Shown here: in pieces, positions 26,425-36,953 of the stretch | Position numbering within the stretch: position 1 is the first letter of the stretch | How the letters are laid out: every line of letters starts with the position of its first letter | Assembly: GCA_043811375.1 (NCBI GenBank) | Contig: JBDRNJ010000022.1 | Location: forward strand, 1 to 41,213 | Direction: 5' to 3' | From: a bacterium | GTDB lineage: Bacteria; Zixibacteria; MSB-5A5; GN15; FEB-12 | Length of the DNA stretch: 41,213 nucleotides | Position numbers and translations under genes: made by a program | Notes under the pieces: model-generated | Seen by the model: the letters and a program-made list of their open reading frames with translations, nothing else | Databases searched by the model: none | Told to the model about the DNA's origin: nothing

Positions 26425-27716
26425 GGTTCCCTCATCAGGGCCGCTTCCAGTGCCCGGATTACCCTCAGGCAATCGACTTCAGTTAGGTCCGGATACATCG
26501 GCAGGCTGAGCGCTCGAGCGTAGTATTGCTCCGCATGAGGGAAATCGCCCGGCCCGGTTCCGTAACGTTCACGGTAGTAAGGTTGCAGGTGAATCGGTAT
26601 GTAATGCACCTGGGTGCCAATTCCAGCCTCTCGCAGTCTCTTCATAACGACGGCTCGCGGGATGCCATAGTGATCAAAATCGATCAGCACCACGAAAAGA
26701 TGATAGGCGTGTTGCCTGCCCGGCAGCAGCGTCAGTGGCCGTACGAGATCGTTGTCGAAGGTGTCCGCCAGCAACCGGCAATACTCTTCGGCCAATCGGC
26801 GGCGTCGGTTCAGCGACCAGGCCAGACGGCCCAACTGGCTCTTACCGAGGGCCGCTTGTATATCGGTCAGGCGGTAATTGTAACCCAGTTGCTGCATTTC
26901 GTAGTACCAGGGATTGGTAGAGCCGTCCGGCGCCAGTGCCTCCTCCGGGCAGCTAAAATCCTCCTTCTGCATACCGTGATTGCGAAATCGTCTTAGCCGT
27001 CGTGCCAGGTCGGTATCAGAGGTAGTCACAGCCCCACCTTCACCCATAGCCACGTGCTTAACCGGATGAAAAGAGAAAGTAGTCATATCACTGTACGGGC
27101 TTCCTCCCAACCGCCACGACTTCTCGCCATAATCATATTCAGCTCCCAAAGCATGACAGGCGTCATCGACGACCACGGCACCATGTTCGTGGGCCAGCGA
27201 GTATATTTCTGCCAGGTCGACCGGTTGACCGGCCAGATGCACCGGCACGATTGCTTTTATTCTCCGTTCGTGGTCACTTTCGAGGATGCGGGCCAGAGCC
27301 GCCGGGTCCATCAGACCGCTGTCGGCATTGACATCGGCGAAGCGAACATCCGCTCCCACGTAGTGGGCGCAGTTGGCCGAGGCCAGAAACGTAACCGGGC
27401 TGGTTACAATCTCATCGCCCGGTCCCAATCCCAGGGCCAGCATGGCCAGATGCAAAGCGGCCGTACCGGAGGCACAGGCTACGGCTTCAGCAGCGCCGGT
27501 AAGGCGGGCTAATTCATCCTCGAAAGCCTCAATAGCCGGACCCTGTGTCAACCGCTCCGACCGCAGTATCGCTACAACAGCCTGCACATCTTCGTCGGTA
27601 ATGTGCTGACGGCCATAGGGTAAGAAAGGCGGCTGGTGCTCCTGATCGGAGACCGTCGTACCGGCCGGATCGGTGAGGTTTCGCCGACGGCGAGAGACAC
27701 CGGTTTTAGGATTCAA
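26421..27716 (-). CDS. pseC: UDP-4-amino-4,6-dideoxy-L-AltNAc transaminase (DegT family)
   Basis: FLPYGRQHI, LTQGP, SGTAALH, DACHALGA, FSFHPVKH, GYNYRLTDIQAALG; start uncertain (TTG overlapping the pseB stop). Confidence 0.92.
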   Translation of the reverse strand: MNPKTGVSRRRRNLTDPAGTTVSDQEHQPPFLPYGRQHITDEDVQAVVAILRSERLTQGPAIEAFEDELARLTGAAEAVACASGTAALHLAMLALGLGPGDEIVTSPVTFLASANCAHYVGADVRFADVNADSGLMDPAALARILESDHERRIKAIVPVHLAGQPVDLAEIYSLAHEHGAVVVDDACHALGAEYDYGEKSWRLGGSPYSDMTTFSFHPVKHVAMGEGGAVTTSDTDLARRLRRFRNHGMQKEDFSCPEEALAPDGSTNPWYYEMQQLGYNYRLTDIQAALGKSQLGRLAWSLNRRRRLAEEYCRLLADTFDNDLVRPLTLLPGRQHAYHLFVVLIDFDHYGIPRAVVMKRLREAGIGTQVHYIPIHLQPYYRERYGTGPGDFPHAEQYYARALSLPMYPDLTEVDCLRVIRALEAALMREP

Positions 27717-28822
27717 TTGTTACTTCCTCCGTCAACCAACTCCGTGTGCTCTGTCTCACTATTGGTATGGACGACCGAGAGTTGCCGTCGGTTATGCGCA
27801 TGTGAAGGTACTCCAACGGAGAAATTGCCGTCGACATGTTCTTTGATAAGTTCTCGCAATCGATTCACCGAGAGCCAGTCGGAGTTGGTGCCGCTGTTAT
27901 ATTTGAACCCGTCCGGACAGGGGCGGCCACCGAACGCTTCCCGCAGACGCCGGGGATCCCATAACGGCATCGAGGGCAGGATAACATAGTAGTTGTCGAA
28001 CTCGATAGTGTTGAGCGCGTCGGTCTCCGTTATCATTTCCTCGTGCAATTTCTCACCCGGCCTGATGCCGACTATCTCCCGTCGACACTCGGGACCGATA
28101 GCCTCGGCCAGCTCGGTGATCCGGTAGCTGGGAATCTTAGGCACGAACAACTCTCCGCCCCACATGTGGGCCAGAGCATAAAGGACCAGGTCGACCCCTT
28201 CCTGCAGGGTGATATTGAACCGCGTCATGCGCTCATCGGTGATCGGCAGCACTCCCTCGTGCTTCTTTTTCATAAAGAATGGTATCACGCTGCCACGGCT
28301 GCCCATCACGTTGCCGTAACGAACGACCGAAAACTTGATGTCCCGCTTGCCCTTGAAGTTATTAGCCGACGCAAACAACTTGTCCGAACAGAGCTTGGTG
28401 GCGCCATAGAGATTGATCGGCGCCGCAGCCTTGTCGGTGCTGAGAGCGACTACTTTCTGCACCCCCTGATCGATGGCAGCCTCGATTACGTTCTGGGCTC
28501 CGATGATATTGGTTTTGACGGCCTCAAAGGGATTGTATTCAGCGGCCGGAACCTGTTTCAGAGCCGCCGCATGGATGACGATTTCGACCCCCTCCATAGC
28601 TTGCATCAACCGCCGGCGATCCCGCACGTCACCGATGAAATACCGCATCTGGGGATACTTCCGGGTGGATAACAGTTGATCCATCTCAAACTGCTTGAGC
28701 TCATCGCGAGAGAAGATGACCACCCTGCTCACGCGCGGATAGCGTGTCAGAATTGTCTCTACGAACTTCTTTCCAAAAGAACCGGTACCACCGGTTACCA
28801 GAATTGCTTTTCCTGACAGCAT
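27713..28822 (-). CDS. pseB: UDP-GlcNAc 4,6-dehydratase (inverting)
   Basis: TGGTGSFG, SRDELKQ, HAAALKQVPAAEYNP, STDKA, YGATK, RYGNVMGSRGSV, GIRPGEKLHEE. Confidence 0.96.
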   Translation of the reverse strand: MLSGKAILVTGGTGSFGKKFVETILTRYPRVSRVVIFSRDELKQFEMDQLLSTRKYPQMRYFIGDVRDRRRLMQAMEGVEIVIHAAALKQVPAAEYNPFEAVKTNIIGAQNVIEAAIDQGVQKVVALSTDKAAAPINLYGATKLCSDKLFASANNFKGKRDIKFSVVRYGNVMGSRGSVIPFFMKKKHEGVLPITDERMTRFNITLQEGVDLVLYALAHMWGGELFVPKIPSYRITELAEAIGPECRREIVGIRPGEKLHEEMITETDALNTIEFDNYYVILPSMPLWDPRRLREAFGGRPCPDGFKYNSGTNSDWLSVNRLRELIKEHVDGNFSVGVPSHAHNRRQLSVVHTNSETEHTELVDGGSNN

Positions 28823-28891
28823 CTTATCTCCTTTTTATTCCTGTTGCAGGGAACGAGGTGGAGCGGTCAACATCAACTAAAAACAGCAGGT

Positions 28892-29362
28892 TCAGTCATC
28901 GATTCTAAAGCGGCAGTCGTGGTCATCCTCGTAGCGTATTTCATCCACCGGACTCTGTCGGCCCTCACCGGCATAAAGCCGGTTGGGAGCATTGAAGACT
29001 AACCCGTCCACGGCGCCGATATTCCGGTAGGCGTGAACAACACCCGGGGGTACAATAACCAGAACATGCTGCTCTTCACCGACGTCGATGGACCAACTCT
29101 GATCGAAGGTGGGTGAGTCGGAGCGATTGTCCCACAAGTAAAGGCGGAAAGTAGAAGATCCCAGGAAACAGAACAGATCGGCCTGTTCACGGTGCTCGTG
29201 CGGTCCCCGGGTGACACCGGGCCGGGTCATAGAGATATAGCTCATGGTCGGGTGGAACTCGCGCGGTAACTCATCATGACGATACAGTTCCGCCAGCCAG
29301 CCCCGTTGGTCGTGGTGTCTTTGAAATTCCCTGATAATGACACCGTTGATTTCACATTTCAT
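28892..29362 (-). CDS. rmlC: dTDP-4-dehydrorhamnose 3,5-epimerase family (RmlC-like cupin, 156 aa)
   Basis: DQRGWLAE, RGPHEH, WDNRSDSPTF, VPPGVVHAY; ATGA-coupled to rmlD. Confidence 0.85.
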   Translation of the reverse strand: MKCEINGVIIREFQRHHDQRGWLAELYRHDELPREFHPTMSYISMTRPGVTRGPHEHREQADLFCFLGSSTFRLYLWDNRSDSPTFDQSWSIDVGEEQHVLVIVPPGVVHAYRNIGAVDGLVFNAPNRLYAGEGRQSPVDEIRYEDDHDCRFRIDD

Positions 29363-30252
29363 TGTCTGAGCGCTTCTCCTTCCTGCCGCAGGAATTCGTC
29401 CAGAGCCTCCTCCCACGGACGCATTATGTTCAGACCGAGCTTCTTGAGGCACTTGTTTTCAAGGGTTGAGCGATGCGGCCTGGGCGCCGGACGTGGAAAT
29501 TCATCAGTCGAGCAGGGCGTCAACTGTACCGGCATATTCATCTGGTCGAATATCCGACGTGCTACCCCATACCACGTTGTTTCCCCCTCAGCCGTCACAT
29601 GAAAGATACCTTTCAGATTATTGGCTATAATGACACCCGTCTGGCGGGCGATCTCAACCGTCCAGCAGGGGCTGCCCCACTGATCGTCGACTACTTTCAG
29701 TTGTGAGAGCTTCTCTCCCCGACGGCTTTGCTCAATCTGTCGCCGCCCGAGTTGCAGCATGGTGCTCACAAAATTCTTTCCGTTACGGCCATATAACCAG
29801 GCAATTCTGAGCACGGCGTAGTCATCCAATAGCGCCGCCACCGCCATCTCTCCGTCCAGTTTGGTTTGGCCGTAGACCGTCCGGGGTCCGGTGGCATCTG
29901 ATTCGACATACGGAGATGTCTTTGTTCCATCAAAGACATAGTCAGTCGAGTAGTAAACCATCCCGGCGCCGATCTCACGGCAGGCTCGGGCGACATTCTC
30001 AGAACCAACGACATTCACAGCCACGGCTTCCGATCGGTCGGTTTCGCAGCCGTCGACATCAGTACAGGCGGCCGCATGGAGAACGGCGTCGGGCTTAAAT
30101 CGTCGCAGGCATGAAAGCACCGGCTGGTAATCACGGATATCAAGGTCCTCGATATCGACTCCGTTGACCGTATACTGCTGTTTGAGGATGCTGATTAAAT
30201 CGGCACCCAACTGACCCCGGCAGCCGGTTACCAGTACTTTACGAATCGCCAT
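29359..30252 (-). CDS. rmlD: dTDP-4-dehydrorhamnose reductase
   Basis: [37 protein letters not shown]. Confidence 0.95.
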   Translation of the reverse strand: MAIRKVLVTGCRGQLGADLISILKQQYTVNGVDIEDLDIRDYQPVLSCLRRFKPDAVLHAAACTDVDGCETDRSEAVAVNVVGSENVARACREIGAGMVYYSTDYVFDGTKTSPYVESDATGPRTVYGQTKLDGEMAVAALLDDYAVLRIAWLYGRNGKNFVSTMLQLGRRQIEQSRRGEKLSQLKVVDDQWGSPCWTVEIARQTGVIIANNLKGIFHVTAEGETTWYGVARRIFDQMNMPVQLTPCSTDEFPRPAPRPHRSTLENKCLKKLGLNIMRPWEEALDEFLRQEGEALRQ

Positions 30253-31129
30253 CGACCTCGTGCACAACTTCCAAAAGGTATTTCTTGTACGAATTATCGC
30301 CCATGCCGTCCAGGAGCGTCTGCATTTGTTGTCGATTTATGAATCTCATCCGGTAAGCAATTTCCTCGATACAGGCAATTTTCTGGCCCTGCCGCTTCTC
30401 GATGGTAGCTATAAAGTTACAGGCGTCAAGCAGGCTGTCGTGGGTGCCGGTATCAAGCCAGGCGATTCCACGGCCCAGCTTGACCACATTGAGGCGGCCA
30501 CTGGCCAGGTAAGCCCGGTTAACATCGGTAATTTCCAGTTCGCCGCGTGGTGAGGGCTTGAGTTCTTTAGCGATTGACACCACGTCGGAATCATACAGGT
30601 AGAGGCCGGTGACGGCGTAATTGGACCGGGGCTTGATCGGCTTTTCTTCAATGGTGACCGCCCGACCGGCATCATCGAACTCCACCACACCGTAGCGTTC
30701 CGGGTCCCTGACATAGTAACCAAACACCAGTGCACCTTCTCGAAAAGCCCTGGCTTCGCGCAGGAAATCATAGACACCGTAGAAGATATTGTCGCCCAGT
30801 ATCAGCACCACACTATCGTTGCCGATGAACTCTTCACCGATCAGGAAAGCCTGGGCAATCCCTTCCGGCCGGAGCTGCACCCGGTAGGAGAAATTAAGCC
30901 CCAGGGAAGAGCCGTCACTCAGCAGTGACTGGAAACTGGGCATATCCTGAGGGGTGGAAATGATCAGAATGTCCGTAACCCCGAACAACATCAACGTGGA
31001 CAGGGGATGGTAGATCATCGGCTTGTCATATACCGGCAGCAACTGCTTGCAGGCTATCTGTGTTATGGGATATAACCGGCTGCCGGCTCCACCGGCCAGA
31101 ATGATTCCTTTGCGTACGGGTCCTGCCAT
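30239..31129 (-). CDS. rmlA: Glucose-1-phosphate thymidylyltransferase
   Basis: [49 protein letters not shown]. Confidence 0.97.
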   Translation of the reverse strand: MAGPVRKGIILAGGAGSRLYPITQIACKQLLPVYDKPMIYHPLSTLMLFGVTDILIISTPQDMPSFQSLLSDGSSLGLNFSYRVQLRPEGIAQAFLIGEEFIGNDSVVLILGDNIFYGVYDFLREARAFREGALVFGYYVRDPERYGVVEFDDAGRAVTIEEKPIKPRSNYAVTGLYLYDSDVVSIAKELKPSPRGELEITDVNRAYLASGRLNVVKLGRGIAWLDTGTHDSLLDACNFIATIEKRQGQKIACIEEIAYRMRFINRQQMQTLLDGMGDNSYKKYLLEVVHEVDGDS

Positions 31130-31138
31130 GCCAATTCC

Positions 31139-32203
31139 TTATCGGTTGGTGTACATTTCCTGGTAGTATTTCCGGTACTGGCCACTAACACAATCCACCA
31201 GCCATTGATTGTTGTCCAGATACCATTGCACTGTCCGGCGGAGACCGTCCTCGAACGTATATTCCGGTTTGAAACCCAGTTCTGCCTGAATGTGAGAGGC
31301 GTCAATTGCATAACGGAGGTCGTGGCCGGGACGATCCCCGACAAACGAAATCAGCCGTTCATGGGGCGGGTCACCCAGCTTCTCATCCATTATCCGACAG
31401 ATCATCCGCACCAGTTCAATGTTTTGGATCTCATTGTTGCCACCGATATTGTACGTGCTTCCCGGCTTACCCCGGTGAAACACCAGGTCCAGAGCGCGGC
31501 AATGATCCTCGACATGCAGCCAGTCCCGAACGTTGCGGCCATCGCCATAGACCGGCAGGGGTAAACCTTCCCGTGCGTTTCTTATCATGAGGGGAATCAG
31601 CTTCTCCGGAAACTGGAACGGCCCGTAGTTGTTGGAACAGTTGGTCGTCACCGTATCCATCCCGTAGGTTCGGTGATAGGCTCGCACCAGGTGATCCCCG
31701 GAGGCTTTCGACGCCGAGTAGGGCGAGTTCGGCCGGTAGGGTGAATCTTCAGTGAACGAACCATCAGCACCCAGCGAACCATAGACCTCGTCGGTCGAAA
31801 CGTGATGAAAGCGAAAACGACCGGCAGTCTTCAACCTGGCCAGCGCCAGTTCCAGCAGATTAAAAGTACCTATAATGTTGGTATGGATGAACTCAGCCGG
31901 TCCCGTTATGGAGCGATCGACGTGTGACTCAGCCGCCAGATGGATGACGGCGTCTACCCGGTGCTTTTCTAGGCAGTCCGCCAACCTGTCCCGATCGCAG
32001 ATATTGATCTTTTCAAAAACGTAGTTGGGAGCCTGCTCCAGCGGTTTCAGATTGGCCAGATTACCGGCGTAGGTCAGGCAGTCCACGTTAACAAACAGGT
32101 AGGCGGGGTACTTCGGCACCAGGTACAGCAACAGGTTGGAACCGATGAACCCGGCTCCGCCGGTTATTATGATGCGCCGGTCAGGCACTTCATCATCTCT
32201 CAT
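31139..32203 (-). CDS. rmlB: dTDP-glucose 4,6-dehydratase
   Basis: [57 protein letters not shown]; exact start uncertain. Confidence 0.96.
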   Translation of the reverse strand: MRDDEVPDRRIIITGGAGFIGSNLLLYLVPKYPAYLFVNVDCLTYAGNLANLKPLEQAPNYVFEKINICDRDRLADCLEKHRVDAVIHLAAESHVDRSITGPAEFIHTNIIGTFNLLELALARLKTAGRFRFHHVSTDEVYGSLGADGSFTEDSPYRPNSPYSASKASGDHLVRAYHRTYGMDTVTTNCSNNYGPFQFPEKLIPLMIRNAREGLPLPVYGDGRNVRDWLHVEDHCRALDLVFHRGKPGSTYNIGGNNEIQNIELVRMICRIMDEKLGDPPHERLISFVGDRPGHDLRYAIDASHIQAELGFKPEYTFEDGLRRTVQWYLDNNQWLVDCVSGQYRKYYQEMYTNR

Positions 32204-32408
32204 AAGGCAAATACACTCCCTTTCATCTACAGCGGTATATATAGGAGAAAGGGGAATGACAGACAATAAAAACATGGGGTAAAAGAACAAACAGTGCTAC
32301 ACCCGTTGGGTTTTCAAACCCGATAGACAACCATCCGGGCGATCCGAAGATCATCTGGTCACAACGAGATCGTTACGATAGTGCCTATCGAGGTGATTCC
32401 GAATAAGG

Positions 32409-32436
32409 TTGACTTCCGGGACAGTCCGGGTACATT
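32409..32436 (+). promoter_or_regulatory. Sigma70 promoter of the kinase operon
   Basis: TTGACT-N16-TACATT. Confidence 0.55.
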
Positions 32437-32452
32437 ATGAGCGATTTCACAA
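32435..32452. promoter_or_regulatory. Candidate Rex operator
   Basis: TTATGAG-CGAT-TTCACAA versus Rex consensus TTGTGAA-N4-TTCACAA (2 mismatches), overlapping the -10/+1 region. Confidence 0.5.
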
Positions 32453-32542
32453 GGTTGCGGCGGTGTGACGAGAGGATTCGGCAAATGAGCTCAGGTGCTC
32501 CGGAGAAGGAGGGAATTGCAGGAATGACCAGGCAGGTGGACA

Positions 32543-34267
32543 GTGCCCCGAGCGGCTGATTATACGTCAGGTCGGGTAAACGGGTCCGATGAATCTGGAC
32601 TGGCGGGTTCTGAACATTACCGTATTCTCCGACGAAGAACCACTATTCGATTGGCATTAATCTATCTGAGTCCGGTGGTTATACTCGCCGCATACTTCAT
32701 TCTTCAGTATGACGCAGTTGTTTCTGAAAGTGAACGTCTCCACCTCAGGGCTATTGCCGAAAGCCAGGCCAACACCCTGGATCTGTTCTTATCTGAGAGG
32801 CAAGTCAATCTCTCCAACCTGATTGATGACCCGATGTTCTCAATCCCGCCCACATCCGCCGGTCTGAAAGGTGACCTGATGGGATTGCGCAGAATAAGTG
32901 ACGCCTTTGTTGATATCGACTTTTTCGATTCGTCAGGGGTACGGGTGGCCTATGCCGGACCCTACGAATCTCTTGAGAAACAGGACTACAGGTCGGAGAA
33001 ATGGTACTCCACTCTGAGGGAGCAACAGTCCAGCTTCATCATCACCGATATTTACCTTGGCTTCCGACAGAGACCACATTTCACTATCGCGGTGAGCAGG
33101 GTTACCCGTGAGGGTCCCGTAGTCCTGCGGGCTACTCTCGATCCTCAGAAGATGTATCAGTACATAAGCTCTTTAGAAGGTTCCAACGAAGTAGTCACAT
33201 CAATTATCAATCTGAACGGGATATGCCAGTTGGCTTCGGAGTTGATCTCCAGACCTTTGGACACCAACTCTTTTATTCCACCACGGACCCCTCGGCAGGG
33301 CGCAGCCAGAACCACTGTTGAAAGCTCGTCGTTTACATACGGCTACTCCTGGCTGCACACAGTTGACTGGTCACTGATCATTCAAAAATCTCCCGAACAG
33401 TACCAGGGCTTCTTCTCAGATTTTCGAGTGCGAGTGATTGGTATCGCTGCCGGAATGGTCATCATCGGTTTTGTTGTCATAGTCAATCGAGCTCGGAAAC
33501 GAGTCGAACTTCAGAGAGAATCCGATATCAGCAGGGCTCAGCTCAGCCATGCCACCAAGCTGGCATCAGTGGGTGAACTGGCGGCAGGCATAGCTCACGA
33601 GATCAACAACCCATTGGCTGCCATAAACGAAGAGGCTGGGCTGATGAAAGACCTTATGAACCCAGACCTGGGAGATCCGGTCAAGCCGGAAGAGCTAACC
33701 CACTACCTGGATTCAATTCAGGAGTCTGTTTTCAGGTGTCGGGATATCACTCGCAAGTTATTGGGGTTTATCCGCAGGACGGACATTGATCTCAAAAAAC
33801 ATGACATCCACGAGCTGATCGACGAGGTTGTCGACGGTCTGTTGGGACCCGAGCTGATCGTGTCGAATATTGAGATCGTGAGAAAATACGATACGGACAT
33901 TCCGGAGCTGGTTACCGACGGTAATCAACTGGAACAGGTACTGTTGAATATTCTTAACAACGCCGTGGACGCCATGCACGGTGAACCGGGCAGAATCTCG
34001 ATCGTAACTACCCGACAAGACAAAAGCGTACATATCAGCCTTTCTGACACCGGTAAGGGGATGAATCGGCAGCAGTTGGAAAACATCTTTGTGCCGTTCT
34101 ACACTACCAAGGAGGTTGGCAAAGGGACCGGTCTGGGGCTCTCAGTCAGCTACGGCATTGTCAAGAACCTTGGAGGAAAAATAGAGGTTAACAGCGCTCT
34201 CGGACAGGGGAGTACATTCGAGATAGTGCTTCCCATTAATCAGAAAGTCAGAAGCGCCGAGGTTTAA
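32543..34267 (+). CDS. Membrane sensor histidine kinase with dCache-like domain (NtrB-type core)
   Basis: Two TMs flanking YAGPY..WY..ITDIYLGFR..HF; H box LAAGIAHEINNPL, N box, DTGKGM, FYTTK, GTGLGLS; start uncertain. Confidence 0.93.
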   Translation: MPRAADYTSGRVNGSDESGLAGSEHYRILRRRTTIRLALIYLSPVVILAAYFILQYDAVVSESERLHLRAIAESQANTLDLFLSERQVNLSNLIDDPMFSIPPTSAGLKGDLMGLRRISDAFVDIDFFDSSGVRVAYAGPYESLEKQDYRSEKWYSTLREQQSSFIITDIYLGFRQRPHFTIAVSRVTREGPVVLRATLDPQKMYQYISSLEGSNEVVTSIINLNGICQLASELISRPLDTNSFIPPRTPRQGAARTTVESSSFTYGYSWLHTVDWSLIIQKSPEQYQGFFSDFRVRVIGIAAGMVIIGFVVIVNRARKRVELQRESDISRAQLSHATKLASVGELAAGIAHEINNPLAAINEEAGLMKDLMNPDLGDPVKPEELTHYLDSIQESVFRCRDITRKLLGFIRRTDIDLKKHDIHELIDEVVDGLLGPELIVSNIEIVRKYDTDIPELVTDGNQLEQVLLNILNNAVDAMHGEPGRISIVTTRQDKSVHISLSDTGKGMNRQQLENIFVPFYTTKEVGKGTGLGLSVSYGIVKNLGGKIEVNSALGQGSTFEIVLPINQKVRSAEV

Positions 34268-34322
34268 AAGGGGATCAGAGAGTGAGGAAACAGGTTATCC
34301 TGATATTTTGCTGGAGGTCGTC

Positions 34323-34871
34323 GTGGAAATAAGGAGTGTCAAGGAACTGATGGTGCCCCGTGACCAGTACGCAGTGGTTTCCCAGGAGGCCACCCTGCTG
34401 GAGGCGATCCTGATTATGGAAGAAGCCCAGAAACGGCGTGATCGCCGGTGGCAACCTTTTCGATCTGTGCTGGTAGCCGATGAAAACGACAAAATCGTAG
34501 GCAAACTAGGTCAATTGGCTTTCCTGAAAGCACTCCAACCTCAGCGTGGTGTCCTCCGCGATACAAACAAGCTGGCCAGCGCCGGCGTAAGCGAGCAGAT
34601 GATGACCTCGATGATGGATCATTCCCGATTCTTCCAGGACAACTTATCCGACTTGTGTCTGCGGGCTGCCAATGGGAAGGTTAAGGACGTGATGCACCCC
34701 GTCAGCGAAAGCATTGACGAGAATACTCTGCTGGGAGAAGCCATATCCAAAATAATTCAATGGGAATGCTTGTCTGTCCTGGTGACCAGAGGAACGGAGG
34801 TGGTCGGGTTGTTGCGGCTTTCGGACCTTTGTCTGGAGATAGCGGAGTATATGAAGGACCTTTCAAACTGA
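34323..34871 (+). CDS. CBS-domain pair protein (182 aa)
   Basis: VKELMVP..VS..ATLLEAI..VLV.D..IVG and VKDVMHP..IDE..L.EAI..LVT..VVGLLRLSDL; GGAGG RBS before GTG 34323. Confidence 0.85.
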   Translation: MEIRSVKELMVPRDQYAVVSQEATLLEAILIMEEAQKRRDRRWQPFRSVLVADENDKIVGKLGQLAFLKALQPQRGVLRDTNKLASAGVSEQMMTSMMDHSRFFQDNLSDLCLRAANGKVKDVMHPVSESIDENTLLGEAISKIIQWECLSVLVTRGTEVVGLLRLSDLCLEIAEYMKDLSN

Positions 34872-34898
34872 TCAATATGGGTTAATCGGAGTGAATAA

Positions 34899-36932
34899 AT
34901 GCCCAGAGTACTGCTGATTGATGACGAGGACAAGTTTCGCATATCACTGACACGGCGTCTTAAACTGCATGGCTATGATGCCGTTGATCTGAATAACGGT
35001 GAAGATGCCGTCAAGCTCGTACGGAGCGACATGGATATCGACGTAGTCCTTCTGGACCGCAAAATGCCGGGCCTGAGCGGTGAACAGGTTCTTACGGAAC
35101 TGAAGCGATATCGCCCTGAGCTTCAGATCATCATGCTGACGGGGCACGGGACGATGAAGTCAGCGATGGAAACGGGAAGACTTGATGCCTACACCTACCT
35201 GCAGAAACCATACGATTTCGACAAGCTGACGGAAGTGATTGACGCGGCGCGGAAAGACAAGGTCCATGTGATGGCGCGCCACGAAATCCCGCATATAGAG
35301 AAAGGTTCCGTCCGGAGTTGGCTGAAAGGATCACACAATTCGCGTCCGGGCGTTATTATTCTTGGTTTGATTCTGTTCACTGCGCTTGTCCTGACACCGC
35401 CCCCTGACCGGATGTTACAACTATTGTCTTCACCTAAAACAGGAGAATTAACCGACCCCTCAATGGGTTATGCCGACTACCGGAAGATGCACGATGGAGA
35501 GAACATCGCCGACTATTATAGCCGCACGTACAAGCTGACCGAGACTGTAGTCGACGACAAGGGAAACGAAATCCAGCAATCCCTGAGTCCCCACAATGCC
35601 GCCTTCCGGGCCAAGGTCATGCTGGGCACGCTGATCGTGGCGGCGCTTTTCTGGGCAACCGGTGCGGTGCCGGTGGGTATTACGGCTCTGCTGGTGGGTG
35701 TGTTTATGTACCTCCTGGGAGTGTTGCGTCCCGATGATATCGCCAAAGCTTATTCCAAGGATGCCGTCATATTCATATTCGGTGTTCTCGCCATGTCCAC
35801 TGCCATCACCAAGACAGGCCTGGATAGAAGGATAGGGTTGCTGCTGCTGGGCCCGTCCAAGAATTTGAAACTGCTTCTGTTCCTGTTCCTGCCGATGCTC
35901 GGTATAGCCTGTTCGTTCGTTTCCGAACATGCCCTTATCGCTTTTATTATGCCGCTTTTCATGATGGTATATGCCTCGTCCGTGCGTGCCGCCGGGATCA
36001 AACAGGACAAAGCTCTGGCGGTGATGTTCGTGCTGTCGCTTTGTTATGTAGCCAATTGTGGAGGACCGGGTTCACCGGCTGCCGGTGGACGCAACGCCGT
36101 GATGCTCGGTATCCTTACGGATTACGGCATACCTCCCACTTTCGGGGAGTGGGTTCAGTATGGCCTGCCGTTCGTCCCCGTGATGGCGTTGGTTATTGGC
36201 GCCTACTTCTTCATTGTTTTCCGCCGGAAACTGAAGGTCAAGCGGCTGAACGTGTCGTCTCTGGTCCGCCAGGCGTCGGAGAGGATCGGCCCCATGAACA
36301 AGAATGAATACATCACGGCGATTGTCCTGGTGGGCTTAATCCTGATGTGGATTACGACCAGTGATCTGTTCGGTATGGGAGGACCGATTATATTGTGCCT
36401 GGTTGTTCTCAACATTCTCCGGATTTTACGCTGGCGCGATATTGCCGGTATCCCCTGGGACGTAGTCGCACTGTATGCCAGCGCCTGCGCCATGGGTAAG
36501 GGATTGGCGGTCACCGGCGCAGCACTTTACCTGGCGGACAGTTTCACTTCCCTGTTGCCCGAGTTCTTCCGGAGCGGTGAAGGACTGGCTATCGCGACCA
36601 GCCTGTTTACCGGGATAGCGACAAATTTCATGAGTGACGGCGCCACGGTGTCGGCTATCGGCCCGATTACGATCCCGATGGCCACGATCTCCGGAACTCA
36701 CCCCTGGATGATTGGCCTGGCAACGGCGTTTTCTTCTTCGTTCGCACACATGTTGATCATAGGGACTCCCAACAACGCTATTGCTTATGCCCTGGCCAAG
36801 GACCCACATACCGGAGAGCAGCTGGTAACTCTTTCTGACTTTCTCAAGCATGGCTTTATGATTCTGATTCTATCATTTGCCGTACTTTGGCTGTGGACCT
36901 TTCTTGGGTACTGGCGCTGGATAGGGTTCTAA
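34899..36932 (+). CDS. Response-regulator receiver fused to SLC13/DASS anion permease (677 aa)
   Basis: REC with D8/D9, D53, T81, K103 intact, followed by a multi-TM DASS body (LFWATGAVP, KTGLDRR, GGPGSPAAGGRNA, IPWDVV, GTPNNAI). Confidence 0.9.
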   Translation: MPRVLLIDDEDKFRISLTRRLKLHGYDAVDLNNGEDAVKLVRSDMDIDVVLLDRKMPGLSGEQVLTELKRYRPELQIIMLTGHGTMKSAMETGRLDAYTYLQKPYDFDKLTEVIDAARKDKVHVMARHEIPHIEKGSVRSWLKGSHNSRPGVIILGLILFTALVLTPPPDRMLQLLSSPKTGELTDPSMGYADYRKMHDGENIADYYSRTYKLTETVVDDKGNEIQQSLSPHNAAFRAKVMLGTLIVAALFWATGAVPVGITALLVGVFMYLLGVLRPDDIAKAYSKDAVIFIFGVLAMSTAITKTGLDRRIGLLLLGPSKNLKLLLFLFLPMLGIACSFVSEHALIAFIMPLFMMVYASSVRAAGIKQDKALAVMFVLSLCYVANCGGPGSPAAGGRNAVMLGILTDYGIPPTFGEWVQYGLPFVPVMALVIGAYFFIVFRRKLKVKRLNVSSLVRQASERIGPMNKNEYITAIVLVGLILMWITTSDLFGMGGPIILCLVVLNILRILRWRDIAGIPWDVVALYASACAMGKGLAVTGAALYLADSFTSLLPEFFRSGEGLAIATSLFTGIATNFMSDGATVSAIGPITIPMATISGTHPWMIGLATAFSSSFAHMLIIGTPNNAIAYALAKDPHTGEQLVTLSDFLKHGFMILILSFAVLWLWTFLGYWRWIGF

Positions 36933-36953
36933 GGAAAACATAGGAAGGTGGAT

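Noticed and set aside
21025..28672. Several 200-290 aa plus-strand ORFs (21025, 23272, 24608, 25660, 28043)
   Set aside because: Antisense shadows of asnB-like and pse genes, expected with GC-rich codon usage.
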